Assembly (NCBI GenBank): GCA_028700115.1
Contig: JAQVTI010000017.1
Span: 1 to 11,966, forward strand
Origin: Candidatus Iainarchaeum sp.
Lineage (GTDB): Archaea; Iainarchaeota; Iainarchaeia; Iainarchaeales; CSSED10-239
DNA: 11,966 nucleotides
Direction of reading: 5' to 3'
A program made the translations under genes and the position numbers. Shown one piece after another: positions 7,509 to 11,966 of the stretch. Positions within the stretch are counted from its first letter, which is position 1, and each line of letters opens with the position of its first letter. The notes beneath the pieces were generated by a model. That model was not told the DNA's origin. It was given only the letters and a program-made list of their open reading frames with translations, and made no database searches.

Positions 7509-8779
7509 CAAATATTTGAAATTGTGTACCTGTGTTTTCCTTGTTTTGTTTTTTGTATTGAAGTTACAAATTTCCAATCTATAATTGTGTCTTTACCCAC
7601 AACTAATTTTATTTTAGAATCAATATCTTCTTTATCTTTTGTATTTGGTTCTTTGCCATCAATTAATACAATATATATTGTAATCTTTTTAAAAGACTCC
7701 TGAACAACTTGAAATAAATCAACCCAATCCCTAAAATAAAATAAATGAGTAAAATACTCCCCATGCACAATCTTCCCTGTGCTTGTCTTAAAATGATCTG
7801 TTGTCCTGCCAGTTATTTTTTTTAAAGTCGGTAAATTATATTCTTTATTTAAATCCCCTTTGATTGCTGTATCTCCAATCTCATATCTTATTAATGGAAA
7901 ATAATAATTATGTAAATTAGTTATTACTAATCTGCCCTCTTCACCTGGTAAAACCTCATTATTATTTTCATCTAAAACTTCTATGAAATTATCAAAAGAG
8001 AAAATTAAATATTCATTTTTATGTAATTCTGCAGCCATTGCACTAACTTCTCTTGAACCATAGAAATCATATACCGGACATTTAAATGCACTTTCAATTT
8101 CTGCTCTCATAAAGTCCTTTAATTCCTCTGCTGAAGAATATATAAATTTAGGAGAATAAATCGAAATATTTTCTTTATTTATGACTTTTGCTACTTCATA
8201 CAAAGATCCGGCATAGCCTTTTAAGAAAACTGGCTTTTCTTTATTGATAACTTCTATGTATTCTTTAATTTTATTGTAGTCCATGAGAAAAGAATTCAAA
8301 AAAGTTTGATTATTTAAAAAATTAGATAATTTTCCCTTTAAATTCATTTGTTTGAAAATATCTTTTTCGGATCCCCAAAGAATTACTTTTTTACAAAATG
8401 TATTTACTTGTCTTACATCTTGTAAATAATACATCATTGTAGCATAACTCCAATCTATATAATTTCTATCTTGATATATTAAAATGGGTTCGCCTGTTGA
8501 TCCCCCAGAAGTATTTGTAACTATGCCTTTCTTAGATCTATTAATATAAAGAGGCAAATAATCTTTTCTTATTATTTCTTTTGTTAAGATTGGATAATCA
8601 GTTAATCTTTGATAACTACTGTTTTTATAAAACGGATTTTGTTGTGCTTGAATTAATAATAATTGAAGATACTTATCTGTGAGTGATTTATTGTCTTTTG
8701 TGAGTTTTGTTTCATTATAATTCTTGAAGAATCTTTTACCAGTTATCCCCGCCGCAAATTTTAATAATTGTGTTCTCAA
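7508..8779 (-). CDS. PaaK/CapK-like adenylate-forming enzyme (phenylacetate-CoA ligase / F390 synthetase-like) in a polysaccharide locus
   Basis: 'YPILTKEIIRKDY', 'TNTSGGSTGEPILIYQD', 'YDFYGSREVSAMAAE', 'GRLVITNLHNYYFPLIRYEIGDTA', 'LKKITGRTTD' match the adenylate-forming core motifs. Apparent TTG start. Confidence 0.85.
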   Translation of the reverse strand: MRTQLLKFAAGITGKRFFKNYNETKLTKDNKSLTDKYLQLLLIQAQQNPFYKNSSYQRLTDYPILTKEIIRKDYLPLYINRSKKGIVTNTSGGSTGEPILIYQDRNYIDWSYATMMYYLQDVRQVNTFCKKVILWGSEKDIFKQMNLKGKLSNFLNNQTFLNSFLMDYNKIKEYIEVINKEKPVFLKGYAGSLYEVAKVINKENISIYSPKFIYSSAEELKDFMRAEIESAFKCPVYDFYGSREVSAMAAELHKNEYLIFSFDNFIEVLDENNNEVLPGEEGRLVITNLHNYYFPLIRYEIGDTAIKGDLNKEYNLPTLKKITGRTTDHFKTSTGKIVHGEYFTHLFYFRDWVDLFQVVQESFKKITIYIVLIDGKEPNTKDKEDIDSKIKLVVGKDTIIDWKFVTSIQKTKQGKHRYTISNI

Positions 8780-8790
8780 AATAATCCACT

Positions 8791-9753
8791 TTATAATTTA
8801 TTTGTTAATTTTTTATTTTTCTTAAACCAACTTACAAAATTCTTTATACCTTGCTCAATGTTTACTTTTGGATTATATCCTAATAGATTTCTTGCCTTTT
8901 CTATATTACCCCTTGTTTCTTGGACGTCTCCTTTTTGCATAGGCATATAATTTTTTGTGGCTTTTATTCCTAATTCATTTTCAATCAAAGAAATTACATA
9001 TTCTAATTCAACAGTATTATTTGCACTTAAATTAAATATCTCATAATCACAATCATAATTGGTTGCAGAAATAATGCCTTCAACTATATCTGAAACATAA
9101 GTAAAATCCCTCCTCATATCCCCGTGATTATAAACATCTATTGGCTTATTGTTTAAGATGTTTTTTGTAAATAACCAAAGAGACATATCTGGGCGCCCAT
9201 ATTCTCCATAAACTGTAAAAAATCTTAATCCTATTGATTTAATGCCTTGTAATTTATAATAAACATAAGCAGTTTGCTCATTGTGAAGTTTAGTTGCAGC
9301 ATACATCGAAACGGGAGTTCCTAAATTTGCAGTTTCTACCCATTCCTCGTTTACACCTCCATAAACCGAAGAAGAAGAGGCATATACAATTTTAGAAATC
9401 TTCTTTTCTTTTGCATATTCAAATATGTTTAAAGTACCTATAGAATTTGAATTTTCATAAATCCAGGGATTTCCTATAGAATATCTTACACCGGCTTGAG
9501 CTGCTAAATGGATAATTAAATCTATTTCTTTTCCGGCTAGTTTATTTGTTAAATCTTTATATTTGGATACATCTAATTTAATAAATTCAAAATTTTTATT
9601 TTTCTTTAAGATACTTAACCTTTTTTTCTTAATTATCGGATTATAATAATCATTTAAATTGTCAATACCGACAATCGAATTTCCACCCTCTAATAACCTT
9701 TTACAAGTATTATATCCAATAAAACCAGCACAACCAGTAACTAAATATATCAT
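8791..9753 (-). CDS. NAD-dependent epimerase/dehydratase, UDP-glucuronate 4-epimerase-like
   Basis: 'YLVTGCAGFIGYNTCKRLLEGGNSIVGIDNLNDYYNPIIKKKRL' (GxxGxxG plus NDYYDP-like GAE signature), 'SSSVYGG', catalytic 'YAATK', 'LRFFTVYGEYGRPDMSLWLF', and 'GDMRRDFTYVSDIVEGI'. Confidence 0.9.
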   Translation of the reverse strand: MIYLVTGCAGFIGYNTCKRLLEGGNSIVGIDNLNDYYNPIIKKKRLSILKKNKNFEFIKLDVSKYKDLTNKLAGKEIDLIIHLAAQAGVRYSIGNPWIYENSNSIGTLNIFEYAKEKKISKIVYASSSSVYGGVNEEWVETANLGTPVSMYAATKLHNEQTAYVYYKLQGIKSIGLRFFTVYGEYGRPDMSLWLFTKNILNNKPIDVYNHGDMRRDFTYVSDIVEGIISATNYDCDYEIFNLSANNTVELEYVISLIENELGIKATKNYMPMQKGDVQETRGNIEKARNLLGYNPKVNIEQGIKNFVSWFKKNKKLTNKL

Positions 9754-9775
9754 ATAATCCCCTTAAATATATATT
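9754..9775 (-). promoter_or_regulatory. Possible Shine-Dalgarno-like element upstream of the epimerase
   Basis: On the minus strand the sequence reads ...TTTAAGGGGATTAT-ATG; a purine-rich AAGGGG lies 5 nt before the ATG at 9753. Confidence 0.4.
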
Positions 9776-9810
9776 AGTAAACAACAATTTAAATAGTGAT
9801 TTGTTAGTTG

Positions 9811-10887
9811 TTATTCTAGAATATTTTTATAATTTTCAATCATATTTTCATAATTAAAATTCTTTAATGAATAATTATAGGCATTATTTACTAATGTGCT
9901 TTGTAATCTTTTATTATCTAAAAAAGATTGTATGTTTCTTGCAATTTCGGTGGAATTTGTTAATTGTACAGAATAGATTATATCTCTACTGAATAACCCA
10001 ATATCAGACATTATTATTGGCTTTTTTAGAGCCATAGCTTCAAGAACTACATTTGGTAGGCCCTCTGTTTTTGATAATAACAACAAACAATCGTTATCTA
10101 ATAGAGCGCCTCTAACATTAGAAGTAAAACCTTGATATTTAATATTCTTTATTTTATTCTTAGAAATATATGTCTTTATTTTATTCTTTAGTGGGCCATC
10201 TCCATAGATATTTAATTCTAAATTACTATTTAATTTAGAAAAAGAATCCATCATTAGAAAAATGTTCTTTATTTTATCTAGTCTACCAATATATGCAAAT
10301 TTCTTTATTGGAATGCACTTATAATTTGCATTTGCGGGTTTATAATCAATACCAAAACCAACTATTTTGTAATTTATTTTTTTAATAGAATATAGTTTCT
10401 TTATTCTACTTGATTCAAATTCAGTTTTTAATAAGAATTTATCCACTAAAAGAGAATAAGTTAATTTTTCTAAAGGATATAATAATTTTGTTTTAGATAA
10501 ATATGCTGGTGTATCCCATCTACAATATAATTTGAACTTTTTAAATTTAAAAATTTTTAAAATGCCAGCAAAGAAAGTTGCCATTATGCCAGAAGTTAAA
10601 ATTTTATCATAATCGCACCTACGGAATAATAAATAAAAAAAGGCATAAAAATTATAAAAAAAACCTTTAGCAAAAAAAGGAGTTTTTATTCTAATTATTT
10701 CTATACCTTCTTGCTTTTCAATACTTTGTTGCCCTTTAAATTTTCTTGTAATTATTTTTATTTTTATCTTGTTTTTTAATCCCGCAATAATTCGTTGAAA
10801 TGAAGTTTCAATGCCTCCAGCTAAATTATCTGAATGCTTATAACCTACAGGATATTCTTTAGCCCCCCAAAATAAAATTGTATTCAT
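9811..10887 (-). CDS. GT4-family glycosyltransferase
   Basis: 'HSDNLAGGIETSFQRIIAGL', 'KKFAYIGRLDKIKNIFLMMDSFSKLNSNLELNIYGDGPLKNKI', 'KNIKYQGFTSN', 'LLLSKTEGLPNVVLEAMALKKPIIMSDIG'. Confidence 0.9.
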   Translation of the reverse strand: MNTILFWGAKEYPVGYKHSDNLAGGIETSFQRIIAGLKNKIKIKIITRKFKGQQSIEKQEGIEIIRIKTPFFAKGFFYNFYAFFYLLFRRCDYDKILTSGIMATFFAGILKIFKFKKFKLYCRWDTPAYLSKTKLLYPLEKLTYSLLVDKFLLKTEFESSRIKKLYSIKKINYKIVGFGIDYKPANANYKCIPIKKFAYIGRLDKIKNIFLMMDSFSKLNSNLELNIYGDGPLKNKIKTYISKNKIKNIKYQGFTSNVRGALLDNDCLLLLSKTEGLPNVVLEAMALKKPIIMSDIGLFSRDIIYSVQLTNSTEIARNIQSFLDNKRLQSTLVNNAYNYSLKNFNYENMIENYKNILE

Positions 10888-11915
10888 AATTCATCTAATA
10901 TTTTTATTAATTGTTTCGAGATATTTTTCAATTCGTGTTCTTTTTTAATATAATTATAACCGTTATTTCCCATTTCTTTAATTTTCTTTTTTGAATTATA
11001 TAATTTATCTACATATTTTTGAAAATCTTTTAAATCTCCATTTGCACAAAAACCCCCTCTACTTTTTTCTAAAAAATTATCAGGATTAACTATATAACTT
11101 ACTATTGGTTTATTGTTCGCAAATGCTTGTAAAAATACATTTGGAAACCCCTCTATTTTGGATGTGCTTATTATAAATTTTGATATTTTATAGTGCTCAT
11201 ACATTTCTTTTTGATTTATTTTACCTAATTGATTTACATTTTCAAAATTAAAAGACAAATCTTTTTTATTAATTCCAATTATCTTAAATTTTTTGTCTGG
11301 ATTTTCAATAATTATTTTCTGCAATATGTCTGTTCCTTTTGTATTGTCATTTCGTCCAACCCACAAAATTTCTTTTCCAATAATAGAATCATTTGGATTA
11401 ATTATTACTGGGTTTTTTAACAAATATATTTTCTTGTTCTTATATCTTTCTTTTAAAATATTGTACTGAAATTCTGTTTGTGCAATAAAAACATCAACTT
11501 CCGAAAAGGTTAACTTTGGAATCCATTTATAATAAGAAGGCACATTTTCAAGCCCCACTCCTACATCTGCATCACAAGTTAAAAAGTATACAATTTTCTT
11601 ATTATTTAATTTGGCTAAAAATATAAATAATGGAGTTAATCTATTAATTGCAAAGATGCAAACATGGTCTTGCTTTTTAATTAATCTAAGAAATTCCCCT
11701 GCAATCTTTAGAATATTATTTGAACAAAAAATCACATTCATTTTATTAATTCTTCGTTTTCTACAATTCCCATTTACAAAAAAAGAAACTTTATATCTAG
11801 AATATCTACTTATTTCATTAAATAAAAGATAAGCACGATTTTCTGATCCTCCTGATGATTTATCAATAAAAAGCTTTCCAGACAACCATGAACAAACCAA
11901 AATCTTTTTATTCAT
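10884..11915 (-). CDS. GT4-family glycosyltransferase, close paralog of 3885..4913
   Basis: 'DKSSGGSENRAYLLF', 'KEILWVGRNDNTKGTDILQKII', 'STSKIEGFPNVFLQAFANNKPIVSYIVNPDNFLEKSRGGFCANGDLKDF'. It overlaps the downstream GT4 by 4 bp (ATGA). Confidence 0.9.
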   Translation of the reverse strand: MNKKILVCSWLSGKLFIDKSSGGSENRAYLLFNEISRYSRYKVSFFVNGNCRKRRINKMNVIFCSNNILKIAGEFLRLIKKQDHVCIFAINRLTPLFIFLAKLNNKKIVYFLTCDADVGVGLENVPSYYKWIPKLTFSEVDVFIAQTEFQYNILKERYKNKKIYLLKNPVIINPNDSIIGKEILWVGRNDNTKGTDILQKIIIENPDKKFKIIGINKKDLSFNFENVNQLGKINQKEMYEHYKISKFIISTSKIEGFPNVFLQAFANNKPIVSYIVNPDNFLEKSRGGFCANGDLKDFQKYVDKLYNSKKKIKEMGNNGYNYIKKEHELKNISKQLIKILDEL

Positions 11916-11966
11916 TTTTTATCATTTCCTTTATTTGTTTTATTGTTATTGCTTTTGTTATAAATA
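11912..11966 (-). CDS. Possible 3' end of a further upstream gene, truncated by the window edge
   Basis: The minus-strand frame from 11966 is open for 17 codons (IYNKSNNNKTNKGNDKK) and ends with TGA at 11914..11912, making a 4 bp ATGA overlap with the GT4 start at 11915. The same ATGA arrangement occurs at 3885..3888 and 10884..10887. Confidence 0.3.
   Translation of the reverse strand, partial: IYNKSNNNKTNKGNDKK

Noticed and set aside
8768-8950. 60 aa + strand ORF
   Set aside because: It lies antisense to the strongly supported epimerase gene (8791..9753) and has no recognisable domain. It is a hydrophobic mirror product of the opposite strand.
11229-11420. 63 aa + strand ORF
   Set aside because: Entirely antisense inside the GT4 gene 10884..11915; low-complexity aromatic/Ile-rich product; no RBS or homology signal.
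11611-11832. 73 aa + strand ORF
   Set aside because: Also fully antisense inside the same GT4 gene, with no domain signature.
1-11966. CRISPR array, toxin-antitoxin, restriction, retron or transposon content
   Set aside because: No regularly spaced repeats, reverse transcriptase, nuclease, integrase or transposase motifs are visible in any ORF. All supported products belong to glycan or cell-envelope metabolism.

Overview
AT-rich window from a cell-envelope or surface polysaccharide biosynthesis locus. Every feature is a protein-coding gene. I found no RNA genes, CRISPR arrays, transposases or integrases. Left part: a FkbM-type methyltransferase (+, open at the 5' window edge), a class I SAM methyltransferase (-), then two overlapping + genes (a FemAB/GNAT-fold acyltransferase and a class I SAM methyltransferase). 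Right part: a tightly packed minus-strand run of about nine ORFs. In transcription order these are GT4 glycosyltransferase, GT4 glycosyltransferase, NAD-dependent sugar epimerase (UDP-glucuronate 4-epimerase-like), PaaK/CapK-like adenylate-forming enzyme, DUF362 protein, a chimeric ORF, GT4 glycosyltransferase, and a DUF2334-type polysaccharide deacetylase. The most unusual object is the chimeric ORF at about 4903..6036 (-). Its first ~110 residues match the N-terminus of the two full-length GT4 paralogs in this window. The remainder is the C-terminal part of an asparagine synthase (AsnB/WbpS-like), without the glutaminase domain and PP-loop. It could be a real deletion-fusion, a decayed gene pair, or an assembly artefact. 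I see no strong evidence for a new defence or mobile system. All family assignments are by eye from motifs, with no database search run.
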